From NCBI GenBank assembly GCA_902489255.1, contig CABTZF010000001.1, positions 9,032-73,031 on the forward strand: a stretch of 64,000 nucleotides of DNA. Direction: 5' to 3'. The notes under the pieces are model-generated. The model saw only the letters and a program-made list of their open reading frames with translations, ran no database searches and had not been told where the DNA came from. This document shows positions 48,508 through 61,278 of this stretch, in pieces. Within the stretch, counting starts at the first letter, position 1, and each line of letters starts with the position of its first letter. The stretch comes from an uncultured Peptoniphilus sp. (lineage in GTDB: Bacteria > Bacillota > Clostridia > Tissierellales > Peptoniphilaceae). The position numbers and the translations under genes are program-made.

Positions 48508-49309
48508 AATTGAGGAAGCTGCTGTTGACTTTATAAAAAGAAAAATAAACGGTAATTATGAAATTGCTATTATTTTGGGTTCAGGTCTTGGTAACTTTGC
48601 AGATATAATAGAAAATAAAAAAATATTGGAATATAAAGATATACCGGGTTTTTCTGCTTCTACTGTCAAAGGACATGATGGCAAATTAATTTTTGGAGAA
48701 ATTAATAATAAAAAAATAGTAGCTATGAAAGGAAGGATTCATTATTATGAAGGATTGGGAATCGATCAAGTTGTCTTTCCTATAAAAATTTTAAGCCAAC
48801 TAGGAATCAAAAATTTAATTGTAACCAATGCAGCAGGCGGTGTAAATAAATCATTTAAAGCTACAGATTTAATGTTAATTACAGATCATATAAATTTTGC
48901 AGGTATTAATCCTTTAGTTGGACCTAATGATGAAAATGGTCCAAGATTTCCTGATATGACATATGCTTATGACAGAAAACTTCAGGAATTGGCAAAAAAA
49001 ACCGCCAAAGATATTAATGTTGATCTTAAAGAAGGAATTTATATGTTTTTTACAGGTCCCAGTTACGAAACTCCTGCCGAAGTAAGAATGGCAAAGATTT
49101 GTGGAGCTGATGCAGTAGGTATGAGTACGGTACCTGAAGTAATTGTAGCAAGACATAGAGGCATTAATGTATTAGGCATATCCTGTATAACTAATATGGC
49201 TGCAGGATTAATAAATAAGTCACTTGATCATGAAGAAGTAGTTAAATCTGCAAGTATAGTAGAAGAAAAATTTCAAAAGCTTATTAGCGGTATTATTAAA
49301 AATATATAA
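48500..49309 (+). CDS. punA: purine nucleoside phosphorylase (PunA type)
   Basis: 269 aa. GSGLG, GRIHYYEG, NAAGG, and SYETPAEVRM..GADAVGMSTVPE motifs. Confidence 0.88.
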   Translation: MNKIEEAAVDFIKRKINGNYEIAIILGSGLGNFADIIENKKILEYKDIPGFSASTVKGHDGKLIFGEINNKKIVAMKGRIHYYEGLGIDQVVFPIKILSQLGIKNLIVTNAAGGVNKSFKATDLMLITDHINFAGINPLVGPNDENGPRFPDMTYAYDRKLQELAKKTAKDINVDLKEGIYMFFTGPSYETPAEVRMAKICGADAVGMSTVPEVIVARHRGINVLGISCITNMAAGLINKSLDHEEVVKSASIVEEKFQKLISGIIKNI

Positions 49310-49310
49310 G

Positions 49311-49943
49311 ATGAATAATATTGATTTAAATTATTTTATAATAAATTTATTAGCCCTATTAATAGTAATTATTCCTCATGAGATTGCCCATGGATATGTT
49401 GCTTATCTTTGTGGCGATAAAACATCCAAAGATGATGGAAGGATTTCTCTAAATCCACTTAAACACATAGATCCAATTGGTTTAATTTTTATGATTTTGT
49501 TTAAATTTGGATGGGCAAAACCGGTGCCGATTAACCCTTCAAACTTCACTAAGAATAAAAAGTTTTCTATTTTTGCTGTATCTATCGCAGGTGTTTTTGT
49601 AAATTTGTTAATGGGATTTATAGTAGGAATTTTTTTTGTATATTCGTATTATAAAAATTTATTTGTAACGCCATTGGTTCAATCTGTTTTTTGGTACTCA
49701 ATAATGCTTGGATTATTTAATTTAGTGCCCTTGCCTCCCTTAGACGGTTCTAAGATAGTGGTAAGTTTATTACCGGATAAGTATCAACATTTTTTTTATA
49801 AGTATGAAAGATATTTTTACATAATACTTGTACTGTTACTTTTTTCCGGTAAAATAGCAGAATTTATTAGCCCGATTATAAGTATTATTATGGATAATAT
49901 TCTAAAAATAGGAGTTAAGATATGGGGTATAATATTGTATTAG
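49311..49943 (+). CDS. site-2 protease (peptidase M50) family membrane protein
   Basis: HEIAHG zinc motif in the first TM helix and NLVPLPPLDGSK second motif. Confidence 0.8.
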   Translation: MNNIDLNYFIINLLALLIVIIPHEIAHGYVAYLCGDKTSKDDGRISLNPLKHIDPIGLIFMILFKFGWAKPVPINPSNFTKNKKFSIFAVSIAGVFVNLLMGFIVGIFFVYSYYKNLFVTPLVQSVFWYSIMLGLFNLVPLPPLDGSKIVVSLLPDKYQHFFYKYERYFYIILVLLLFSGKIAEFISPIISIIMDNILKIGVKIWGIILY

Positions 49944-50641
49944 AAAGATATCAAGGTCCATTGGATTTGTTATTGGATTTAATTAAAAAAAATGAAATTG
50001 ATATATATGATATACCTATATTTAAAATCACCGAACAATTTTTAGATTATATGGATAAGGCAAGTAAAATAAATTTAGAGTTAACAAGTGATTTCATACT
50101 TATGGCATCCACACTTTTAGAAATTAAGTCTAAAATGCTTTTGCCAAAAACTAAATTGACAGAAGATGATGAGGAACCGGAAGATGCTAGAGAAGAATTG
50201 GTAAAAAAACTTTTGGAATATGAAAAGTATAAAGAAATTACAAATGTATTAAAGCTTAATGAAGAATATGAAACAAAGGCCTTATATAGGCTCAAAAGTG
50301 ATTTTTTTGAATTTTCACAATATGAACTTTTAAAAGATTCAAATATTGACGATTTATCAAAATCTTTTTTAAATATTTTAAAAAGAAATGCAAATAAACA
50401 AGTAAAAAGTATTTATAGAGAATCATTTTCTATTGAAGCGGCTACAGATATTTTAATAAATATATTAAACAAAGAAAATAAATTTTATTTTACTAAATTA
50501 ATTAATGAATACCCTTCAAGGGAAGAATTAATTAGTTTTTTCTTGGCTATGCTGGAGCTAATAAAAATTAATTTTATAAATGCGAAACAAAAAAATAATT
50601 TTTCAGATATATTAATCAGGGTAAGGAATGTTAATGACTAA
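49922..50641 (+). CDS. scpA: segregation and condensation protein A
   Basis: FQGPLDLLLDLIKKNEIDIYDIPI-type N-terminus (here YQGPLDLLLDLIKKNEIDIYDIPIFKIT). Confidence 0.88.
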   Translation: MGYNIVLERYQGPLDLLLDLIKKNEIDIYDIPIFKITEQFLDYMDKASKINLELTSDFILMASTLLEIKSKMLLPKTKLTEDDEEPEDAREELVKKLLEYEKYKEITNVLKLNEEYETKALYRLKSDFFEFSQYELLKDSNIDDLSKSFLNILKRNANKQVKSIYRESFSIEAATDILINILNKENKFYFTKLINEYPSREELISFFLAMLELIKINFINAKQKNNFSDILIRVRNVND

Positions 50642-51143
50642 AGATAAAATAAAATCAGTTATTGAATCATTGCTTTTTTTATGGGGAGATTCAATTTCAA
50701 TTAAAGATATTGAAAAATGCTTAAATGTAAAAAAAGATGAATTAAAAATAATATTAGAAGAAATGAAACTTGAATATGAGAATGAGTCAAGAGGCTTGCG
50801 TTTACTTGAAATAAATGATTCATATCAAATTTCGACAAAGCCTGAGAATTATGAATATATTAAAGACTTTGTAAAAGAAGGCAATGAAAAGAATCTTACA
50901 AAGCCATCACTTGAAACCTTGTCGATAATTGCTTACAAGCAACCTGTAACAAAAATAGAAATTGAAGAGATAAGAGGAGTAAATTGCGATTCTACTATTA
51001 AAGGATTATTAGACAGTTCTTTAATAGAAGTGGCCGGGACCTTAGATAAGATAGGTCACCCGAATTTATATGTAACTACAGATTTTTTTCTGAAAAAATT
51101 TGGAATTAAAAACCTGGACGAGCTTCCAAGACTAAAAGATTAA
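50628..51143 (+). CDS. scpB: segregation and condensation protein B
   Basis: 171 aa. IESLLFLWGD, LSIIAYKQPVTKIEIEEIRGV and GHPNLYVTT motifs. Confidence 0.88.
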   Translation: MLMTKDKIKSVIESLLFLWGDSISIKDIEKCLNVKKDELKIILEEMKLEYENESRGLRLLEINDSYQISTKPENYEYIKDFVKEGNEKNLTKPSLETLSIIAYKQPVTKIEIEEIRGVNCDSTIKGLLDSSLIEVAGTLDKIGHPNLYVTTDFFLKKFGIKNLDELPRLKD

Positions 51144-51154
51144 AGGTGATATAA

Positions 51155-51862
51155 ATGAGGCTTCAAAAATATATGGCCCATGCAGGGGCCGCATCAAGAA
51201 GAAAATCTGAAGAATATATAAAGGACGGTAGGGTAAAGGTAAATGAAAAGATTATTACTGATATGGGAGTAGAAATTGATCCGGATAAGGATAGAATTTA
51301 TCTTGATGGAAAAAAATTAACTTTAGAAAAGAAAAAAATTTACTTAATTTTAAATAAACCTGTAGGAGTTGTAACTACAAATAGCGATGAAAAGGGAAGA
51401 TTAAATGTTGTTGATTTAATTGATGTTGATAAAAGAATATACCCTGTCGGCAGATTGGATATTGACACCACAGGCTTAGTATTATTAACTAATGATGGAG
51501 AACTTGCCAATATATTAATGCACCCAAAAAATAAAATTACTAAAACTTATATCGCTACAGTTGAAGGCACCCCAAATTCCAAAGAGTTAAATCTTTTAAG
51601 GAATGGCTTAAATATAAGAGATTTAAAAACTTCTAAGGCACAAGTTAAGATATTAAAAAATTTTCAAAATGATTCAATAATAAAAATAAGCATCCATGAG
51701 GGGAAAAATCATCAAATTAAAAGAATGTTTGCATACATTGGCCATAGGGTTAAAAAATTAAAAAGAATTTCAATAGGAAATATTAAACTTGACGGGCTTG
51801 AAATTGGTAATTATAGATACTTAAATGATGAAGAAATAAACTATTTAGAAGGACTAAAATGA
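51155..51862 (+). CDS. rluB: pseudouridine synthase, RsuA/RluB family
   Basis: S4 domain (MRLQKYMAHAGAASRRKSE) and catalytic GRLDIDTTGLVLLTNDGEL. Confidence 0.85.
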   Translation: MRLQKYMAHAGAASRRKSEEYIKDGRVKVNEKIITDMGVEIDPDKDRIYLDGKKLTLEKKKIYLILNKPVGVVTTNSDEKGRLNVVDLIDVDKRIYPVGRLDIDTTGLVLLTNDGELANILMHPKNKITKTYIATVEGTPNSKELNLLRNGLNIRDLKTSKAQVKILKNFQNDSIIKISIHEGKNHQIKRMFAYIGHRVKKLKRISIGNIKLDGLEIGNYRYLNDEEINYLEGLK

Positions 51863-52407
51863 TTGCAAAAGAGAAATATAATGAAATAGTAGATGAAATT
51901 TTAAAAAATGAATTTAAGGGAAAAACTGCCATAGATGCAACTATGGGTATGGGTTATGATACAGAAAAACTATTAAAAACTGTTGGAGAAAATGGTAAAG
52001 TCTATGCCTTTGAGATTCAAAATCAGGCAGTAGCATATTGCAAAAATAAATTTAGCACAACTAATAATTTAGAAATTTTGGAAGTTAGTAATGAATATAT
52101 TGACGTTATTGACAATTTTGATTTAGTAATTTATAATCTCGGTTATTTGCCGGGCTCTGATAAAAAAATTACCACCACAGCTATGACCACAGTTATTTCT
52201 CTTTCCAAAGCAACAAACCTTATGAATGTAGGAGGGGTAATAATTGTTGTGTCTTATTTAGGACATAAAAATTCAGAAGCAGAAAGAGAAGCGGTTGAAA
52301 AATTTTTAAAATCTCTTGACCAAAAGCAATTCATTGTAGAAAAAAGAGAATTTTTCAATCAAATAAATAATCCTCCCATAGTTTATATAGTGGAGAAGAA
52401 AAATTGA
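51859..52407 (+). CDS. class I SAM-dependent methyltransferase (YtqB/MnmM-like putative RNA methylase)
   Basis: 182 aa. AIDATMGMGYDT resembles the DATxGNGxDT motif of the YtqB family. NLGYLPGSDK motif. Confidence 0.6.
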   Translation: MIAKEKYNEIVDEILKNEFKGKTAIDATMGMGYDTEKLLKTVGENGKVYAFEIQNQAVAYCKNKFSTTNNLEILEVSNEYIDVIDNFDLVIYNLGYLPGSDKKITTTAMTTVISLSKATNLMNVGGVIIVVSYLGHKNSEAEREAVEKFLKSLDQKQFIVEKREFFNQINNPPIVYIVEKKN

Positions 52408-53597
52408 AAATAGGCGTAATAGGTGGTGGCCCTTCTGGCATGATGGCTGCATTTGCGGCTGCTGAAAAAAATCAAGTAGTTTTATATGAAAAGAATGAAA
52501 AACTTGGAAAAAAACTTTTTCTAACCGGCAAGGGAAGATGTAATTTAACAAATTATACAGAAGTCAAGGATTTTTTTAAGAATATAGTGAGAAATAAAAA
52601 ATTTGCTTATTCTTCTATTTTTACTCTTGATCCTTTTATGACTATTTCTCTTTTTGAATCTTTTGGGATTACTTTAAAGATAGAAAGGGGAAATAGGGTC
52701 TTTCCAAAGTCTGATAAGTCTTCAGATGTAATAAAAGCATATGAAAAAATGTTGGAATCAAGAAAGGTTAAAATTCTTTTGAATAATGAAGTTAAAAGCT
52801 TGGAAAAGAAGGATAAATTTATTATAAATAATAAAGATAAGTTTGATAAAATTATTATAGCAACAGGAGGAGTTTCATATAAATCAACGGGATCTACCGG
52901 GGATGGATATGAATTTGCCAAATCCTTTAATATAAATTTGGTTGAAAGAAAACAAGCCTTATGTGGAGCCTTAACAAATGAACCTCTTGACTTAAGTGGA
53001 CTCAGTTTAAAAAATGTTTCAGTAAGAGCTGAAGATTCAGGCAAAATAATTTGTGAAGAATTTGGAGAAATGTTATTCACCCATTCTGGAGTTTCAGGTC
53101 CTATAATATTAACCTTATCCAGCAAAATAAACAGATTAAAGAATATCAAGCTATTCCTTGATTTAAAGCCGGCTATGAATTATTTAACTTTAGATAGAAG
53201 AATATTAAGAGATTTTGAAAAGTATTCAAATAAGGAAATTAAAAATGCCTTGATTGATCTTTTACCAAAGGATTTAATAACATATGTGCTTTTAAGAGCA
53301 AAAATTCCAGATAATAAGAAAGTCAATCAAATAACAAAAGAAGATCGTCAGTCCCTTATCAAAATAATAAAAAATTTTGATTTAGATTTTAAAGAACTTG
53401 AGGACATTGATAGGTCAATTATTACCAGTGGGGGAATTGATACTAGAGAGGTTAATCCTCATACAATGGAAGCTAATAAAGTTAATGGACTTTATTTTGT
53501 TGGGGAAGTTTTAGATATGGATGCTTTAACTGGTGGTTTTAATATCCAATTAGCTAATTCTACAGGATATTTATGTGGTATAAATATTAATGACTAA
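52404..53597 (+). CDS. NAD(P)/FAD-dependent oxidoreductase, BaiN/HI0933 family
   Basis: GGGPSGMMAA dinucleotide-binding motif, TGKGRCNLTN, and GGVSYKSTGSTGDGY. TTG start overlapping the upstream stop. Confidence 0.8.
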   Translation: MKIGVIGGGPSGMMAAFAAAEKNQVVLYEKNEKLGKKLFLTGKGRCNLTNYTEVKDFFKNIVRNKKFAYSSIFTLDPFMTISLFESFGITLKIERGNRVFPKSDKSSDVIKAYEKMLESRKVKILLNNEVKSLEKKDKFIINNKDKFDKIIIATGGVSYKSTGSTGDGYEFAKSFNINLVERKQALCGALTNEPLDLSGLSLKNVSVRAEDSGKIICEEFGEMLFTHSGVSGPIILTLSSKINRLKNIKLFLDLKPAMNYLTLDRRILRDFEKYSNKEIKNALIDLLPKDLITYVLLRAKIPDNKKVNQITKEDRQSLIKIIKNFDLDFKELEDIDRSIITSGGIDTREVNPHTMEANKVNGLYFVGEVLDMDALTGGFNIQLANSTGYLCGININD

Positions 53598-53646
53598 TAA
53601 ATAATATTATTTTATACTTTGAAAAAATATATTTTTGGGGGTACAA

Positions 53647-54270
53647 ATGCAAATTGCTATAGATGGGCCGGCAGGGAGCGGAAAATCAACAATAGCTAAA
53701 AGGCTTGCGGAAAGATTAAATATTGAATACATTGACACGGGTGCTATGTATAGAGCAATAACATTAAAATTAAAGAATGTGGAAAAGGAAGACTATAAAA
53801 AAGTTTTAGACAAAACTAATATTGACTTTAAAAACAATAAAATATTTTTAGATGGTGTGGATGTAAGTAATTTTATTAGAGATCCTGAAATTTCAAAACT
53901 AACTTCTGATATATCAAAATTGCCGGAAGTAAGAGAAAAGCTTGTTATAATTCAAAGGAATATTGCTAAAAATAAATCAGTTGTGATGGAGGGTAGAGAT
54001 ATTTCTACTGTTGTTCTTCCGGAAGCTGATTATAAATTTTATCTAAGTGCTGGCGAAGAAATTAGGGCAAAGAGAAGAACCTTACAACTATTAGAAAGAG
54101 GATTACCGGCAGATTATGAAAAAATACTAAAAGAGATTAAGGATAGGGATAAAAATGACATTAATAGAAAAAATTCTCCTCTAAAAGTTGCTGAAAACGC
54201 AGTTATAATAGATTCTTCTAAACTAAATATTGATGATACAGTCAGCTTAATGCTTTCATATATAAGGTGA
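53647..54270 (+). CDS. cmk: cytidylate kinase
   Basis: ORF 53635..54270; ATG 53647 follows a GGGGG run. IAIDGPAGSGKST P-loop, IDTGAMYR and EGRDI motifs. Confidence 0.9.
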   Translation: MQIAIDGPAGSGKSTIAKRLAERLNIEYIDTGAMYRAITLKLKNVEKEDYKKVLDKTNIDFKNNKIFLDGVDVSNFIRDPEISKLTSDISKLPEVREKLVIIQRNIAKNKSVVMEGRDISTVVLPEADYKFYLSAGEEIRAKRRTLQLLERGLPADYEKILKEIKDRDKNDINRKNSPLKVAENAVIIDSSKLNIDDTVSLMLSYIR

Positions 54271-54273
54271 ATT

Positions 54274-54861
54274 ATGTATAAGTTATTGCGAACAATTTTT
54301 CATATTTTTTTTAAATTAATTTATAGGGCTGAGGTTATTGGCAGAGAAAACATACCGGAAACCAATAAGCTTATCATTATTGCTAATCATAAAAGCAATT
54401 TTGATCCGATTTTTATATCAGCTTTTTTTAATAGACAAATATACTGGATGGCTAAAGAAGAATTATTTAAAAATAAACTTTTTGGTAACTTTATTTCAGC
54501 TTTGGGAGCTTTCCCAATTAATAGATTCGGTGTTGATATAAAAGCTATTAAAACAAGCTTGAGTCATATAAAAAATGGAGAGGTTTTGGGAATTTTTCCT
54601 GAAGGAACAAGGGTAAATGAGAAAAATTATTCAATAGTGAAAGCCGGAACATCAATTATAGCTCATAAATCAAAAGCATTAGTTCTGCCGGTTTATATAG
54701 ATGGTAATTATAAACTATTTTATAAAATGAGACTTATATATAAAAAGCCAATAGATTTATCAAACTTTAGTAAACTTACAAATGAAGAATACGAGATTAT
54801 CTCAAGGAATATGATGAGAAGAATATATGGAGATGAAGAAGTTGAAAGTTTACCTGGCTGA
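54274..54861 (+). CDS. plsC: 1-acyl-sn-glycerol-3-phosphate acyltransferase
   Basis: NHKSNFDP (HxxxxD) and FPEGTR acyltransferase motifs. Confidence 0.88.
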   Translation: MYKLLRTIFHIFFKLIYRAEVIGRENIPETNKLIIIANHKSNFDPIFISAFFNRQIYWMAKEELFKNKLFGNFISALGAFPINRFGVDIKAIKTSLSHIKNGEVLGIFPEGTRVNEKNYSIVKAGTSIIAHKSKALVLPVYIDGNYKLFYKMRLIYKKPIDLSNFSKLTNEEYEIISRNMMRRIYGDEEVESLPG

Positions 54862-57058
54862 TTATCTTGGATTTTGCGGTGGAGTCAAGAGAGCTGTAAA
54901 TATGGCTTTTGAAGCTGCAGATAAGGACGTTTATTCCTTAGGAGATATAGTTCATAATGAAAGTGTTGTCAATAGTCTAAAAAAACTTGGAGTAAGAGCT
55001 ACCGAAGATACAGATATAAAAAATTCTAAAGTTATTATCAGAAGCCATGGAGTTCCAAAGGAAGATTTAGAAAAACTTAAAAAAAATGGTAATGTAATTA
55101 TTAATTGCGTATGCCCAAAAGTTAAAATAATTTATAAGATAGTAGAAAATTATTATAATAAGGGTTATAATATTATAATTATAGGTGATAAAAATCACCC
55201 GGAAGTAAAAGGTATTAATTCTTTTTGCGATTATAAAGCTATTATATTTAACAGTGAAGAAGATTTAAGGGTTCCTCAAGGAAAAATATTAGTAGTATCG
55301 CAAACAACAAATAATGAAAAAATATTCAAAAATTTATCAAATCTAATAAAAAACATTTCAAAATCTGAAGTTTTAGTTTATAATACTATATGTAGTGCGA
55401 CTTTCAATAGGCAAAATAGTGTAAGAAAACTTGCACAAACAGTCGATGCTGTTTTAGTTTTTGGAGGAAAAAAATCATCCAACACAAAAAAACTTGCTGA
55501 TATTGCAAAAGACCATTGTAAAAATGTTTTTTTAATTCAATCAATAAATGATATTGATTTAAATATATTAAAAAATTTTAATAAAATAGGAATTACCGCC
55601 GGGGCATCTACACCGGATGAGGTAATCAAGGAGGCTGTTAGTAGTATGGAAAATTTTGACAAAGGTGAGATGATGGAAGCCATTGATAATTCTTTCAAGA
55701 GAATTAAAAAAGGTGAAATCGTAACAGGGGAAGTATTGTATGTAACTGATAATGAAGTAATGGTCAACTTAGGTTATAGGTCTGATGGAATTATTTCTAA
55801 GGAAGAACTATCTAAGAATCCCGATATTAAACCTTCAGATTTGTATAAGCAAGGCGATGAAATTGAAGTTTACGTCCTGAAAATGGATGACGGAGATGGA
55901 AATGTTGTGCTTTCTACAAGAAGAGTAGAGGATATGAAAGTTTGGGATGATATTGAAGAATCTTTCAACAATCATGAAATAGTAACTGCAAAAGTAATTA
56001 ATCAAGTTAAAGGCGGTTTGACAGCAAGTTTAAATGGTGTTTCAGCCTTTATTCCCGCATCTCATGTAACTGTAAAATTCCAAAGAGATTTAAGTAAGTT
56101 TGTCGGCGATGATTTCCAATGTGAAATTATTGATTTTGACAAAAGGAAAAGAAGAATTGTTTTATCCAGAAAAAATATTCTAATGCGTGAACTTGAAGAA
56201 AAAAGAAAAGAAATATTCGAATCACTTCACATAGGGGATGTTATTGAAGGAACAGTGCAAAGACTTACAAACTTCGGTGCTTTTGTTGATATTGGAGGCA
56301 TTGACGGTTTGGTTCACGTTTCTGAATTATCATGGACAAGAGTTAAAAATCCATCTGAAGTTGTCGCTGCAGGCGATAAGGTAAAAGTTCAAGTATTAAA
56401 TCTTGATGAAGAAAGGAATAGAATTGCTCTTGGATTAAAACAAACTACTGAAAAGCCTTGGGATAAATTTACAAACTCAGTAAAAGTTGGAGATGTAATT
56501 AAGGGTAAGGTTGTCAATATATTAGACTTTGGAGCATTTGTTAGACTTGAAGAAGGCGTTGACGGATTGCTTCATGTTTCTCAAATTTGCAGAGAACATA
56601 TTGATAAACCACAAGATAAATTAACTATCGGGCAAGAAGTTGAAGTAAAAGTTATTGAAATCGACCAAGATAATAAAAAAATCTCATTATCAATGAAAGC
56701 CCTTCTTGAACCAATTGAAGAACCTGAAGATGTTGAAAAGTCTGAAAAGATTTCTGAAAAGCCTAAAGAAAGAAAAGAAAAGCCAAGAAAACCTAAAGAA
56801 AATAAGGTTAAAAAGCAAGTTGAGGAACCTAAGGAAGATGAATTTAATACTACTATAGGTGATTTGTTAGGCTTTTCATTAGGAGATTCTAAGTTAGCAG
56901 AAGTTACCGGCCAACAAGAAAGCGAAGAAACTTCTGAAGAAAACATAGAAAATGATGCTGATGAAAAAGAAATTCAAACAGATACTGTTAATGAAGAAGT
57001 TCAAGATGAGCCTAAAACAGAAGAAATTGAAGTAGAAAATACAAACTCTGAAGAATAA
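54827..57058 (+). CDS. ispH: bifunctional 4-hydroxy-3-methylbut-2-enyl diphosphate reductase (IspH) / ribosomal protein S1-like fusion
   Basis: 743 aa. N-terminal LytB/IspH domain (GFCGGVKRA, the Cys in INCVCPKV, and ICSAT), followed by four S1 repeats (for example GTVQRLTNFGAFVDIGGIDGLVHVSEL) and an acidic/lysine-rich tail. The start could be 54833. Confidence 0.88.
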   Translation: MEMKKLKVYLADYLGFCGGVKRAVNMAFEAADKDVYSLGDIVHNESVVNSLKKLGVRATEDTDIKNSKVIIRSHGVPKEDLEKLKKNGNVIINCVCPKVKIIYKIVENYYNKGYNIIIIGDKNHPEVKGINSFCDYKAIIFNSEEDLRVPQGKILVVSQTTNNEKIFKNLSNLIKNISKSEVLVYNTICSATFNRQNSVRKLAQTVDAVLVFGGKKSSNTKKLADIAKDHCKNVFLIQSINDIDLNILKNFNKIGITAGASTPDEVIKEAVSSMENFDKGEMMEAIDNSFKRIKKGEIVTGEVLYVTDNEVMVNLGYRSDGIISKEELSKNPDIKPSDLYKQGDEIEVYVLKMDDGDGNVVLSTRRVEDMKVWDDIEESFNNHEIVTAKVINQVKGGLTASLNGVSAFIPASHVTVKFQRDLSKFVGDDFQCEIIDFDKRKRRIVLSRKNILMRELEEKRKEIFESLHIGDVIEGTVQRLTNFGAFVDIGGIDGLVHVSELSWTRVKNPSEVVAAGDKVKVQVLNLDEERNRIALGLKQTTEKPWDKFTNSVKVGDVIKGKVVNILDFGAFVRLEEGVDGLLHVSQICREHIDKPQDKLTIGQEVEVKVIEIDQDNKKISLSMKALLEPIEEPEDVEKSEKISEKPKERKEKPRKPKENKVKKQVEEPKEDEFNTTIGDLLGFSLGDSKLAEVTGQQESEETSEENIENDADEKEIQTDTVNEEVQDEPKTEEIEVENTNSEE

Positions 57059-57072
57059 TTGATTAAGTATTT

Positions 57073-57106
57073 AGATGCTACTATTTATCCGTAGCATCTT
57101 TTTTTA
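57073..57106 (+). terminator. rho-independent terminator after ispH/S1
   Basis: AGATGCTAC (57073-57081) pairs perfectly with GTAGCATCT (57091-57099), followed by a T run. Confidence 0.8.
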
Positions 57107-57159
57107 TAAAAATAATTAAATTTTATAAAATTTATGATATTATTATTTAAGGTGATTGA

Positions 57160-57717
57160 ATGTTTTTAATGGTGTTATTCTTATCAATAATGATAATTTT
57201 ATTAAGAGGTGGATCATTTAAGAATTTATTATATTTTAAATATAATAAAGAATATATTTGCCTTGGAGGAATACTGGTATTAGCATCAATAAATCTTTTA
57301 ACAACAAAAGATTTAGGTACAATTACAGATTTTTTTATTAAATATTATTTTTATTTCCATATTTTAGGATTAGCACTCATATTAATTTCTCTTTTATTTA
57401 ATTTAAGGGTAAAAGGAGTTAAACTTATAGCAATGGGAGTATGTTTAAATACTATTCCTATACTATTAAATGGTAAAATGCCGGTTAACATAGATGCATT
57501 AAAAAAGATTGATAACGATTGGCTTTATTATGTAATTAGTAATAATTTATCGCTGAGCCACGGAGTGTTTGAAAACCCCAAGTGCTATTTTTTATCAGAT
57601 ATTTTTGCTTTTAAGCCAAGATTTATGACAGCCAGCGTTATTAGTTTAGGAGATTTAATTATATGTTTGGGACTTATTTATTTTATATACAATATTTCAA
57701 GGAGAAAAGATGCATAG
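57160..57717 (+). CDS. polytopic membrane protein (DUF5317-like by recollection)
   Basis: 185 aa with about 5 TM helices. LNTIPILLNGKMPV and VISLGDLIICLGL motifs. Its stop overlaps the cdaA start by 8 nt. Confidence 0.55.
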   Translation: MFLMVLFLSIMIILLRGGSFKNLLYFKYNKEYICLGGILVLASINLLTTKDLGTITDFFIKYYFYFHILGLALILISLLFNLRVKGVKLIAMGVCLNTIPILLNGKMPVNIDALKKIDNDWLYYVISNNLSLSHGVFENPKCYFLSDIFAFKPRFMTASVISLGDLIICLGLIYFIYNISRRKDA

Positions 57718-58532
57718 TTTAAATAATTATTTAACTTTTTTAAATTTAAGAGATCTTATAGATATAGCAATAGTTGCTATATTAATTTATTATATTTTGA
57801 ATCTCATCAGAAACACTAGAGCAGAGCAAGTTTTTAAGGGAATTATAATTTTACTTGCTTTTATGCTGATATCACAATTTTTCCGACTTTATACGATAAA
57901 TTGGATTTTTTCAAAATTAATCACCGGTGGACTTTTGGCCCTAATAATTGTCTTTCAACCTGAATTAAGAAGAGGACTAGAATTTTTAGGCAGAACGTCA
58001 ACAATTAAAAATAATTTCACATCCGATAAAGATAAAATACCTGCAACGGTTAGGGAAATATGTAAAGCTGTTGCATCTTTATCAAGGCAAAAAATTGGTG
58101 CTTTAATAATAATGGAAAAAAAAGTTGGTTTGATGGAAATTATTGAAACAGGAACTTCAATTAATGGTGATGTATCAAGCGGTTTATTAATTAATATTTT
58201 TATTCCAAATACACCCTTACATGATGGAGCAGTTATTATAAAGGGCAATGTTATTTTGGCAGCAGCTTGTTTTTTACCACTTAGCGATAACAAGAATATC
58301 TCAAAAGAACTGGGAACTAGACATAGAGCCGGTATTGGAATTTCTGAAAAAAGTGACTGTTTATCTATTATGGTATCTGAAGAAACGGGTTCAATTTCCA
58401 CTGCAGAAGATGGCTCTATTTCAAGATATTTAGATGTAGAAACTTTAGAATCAAAGCTTATGGAAATTTATCGACCGATAATAGATGAGGAAAATCCTAT
58501 CATAAAAAAATTAAGGAAATGGAGTAACGAAG

Positions 58533-58546
<14 letters not shown>
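57710..58546 (+). CDS. cdaA: diadenylate cyclase CdaA
   Basis: Three N-terminal TM helices and a DAC domain with GALIIMEKK, PLHDGAVII and GTRHRAGIGISE motifs. Confidence 0.92.
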
Positions 58547-61201
<2,655 letters not shown>

Positions 61202-61207
61202 TATTAG

Positions 61208-61250
61208 AAAAAACTCATTGATTCAAATTATTGAATTAATGAGTTTTTTT
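61208..61250 (+). terminator. rho-independent (A-tract/T-tract, potentially bidirectional) terminator after guaB
   Basis: 14-bp stem ACTCATTGATTCAA / TTGAATTAATGAGT (one G-U) with a 4-nt loop, flanked by A6 and T7 runs. Confidence 0.8.
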
Positions 61251-61278
61251 ATTTATAATAATTTAAGAAGGTGAGGTA

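Noticed and set aside
52607-53149. 180-aa minus-strand ORF inside the BaiN-family oxidoreductase gene. Similar antisense ORFs occur at 1788..2093, 2785..3171, 41964..42302, 43534..43848, 56581..56946, 57955..58401, 60175..60891 and 62289..62786.
   Set aside because: Each lies entirely within a strongly supported + strand gene. Their translations are low-complexity (S/F/L/I-rich) with no motifs and no SD. They are typical shadow ORFs.
54827-57058. IspH fused to four S1 domains in one 743-aa ORF; considered as a possible mis-assembly or a novelty.
   Set aside because: This fusion architecture is a known, widespread arrangement in Clostridia-type Firmicutes downstream of cmk-plsC. The frame is continuous and unremarkable.
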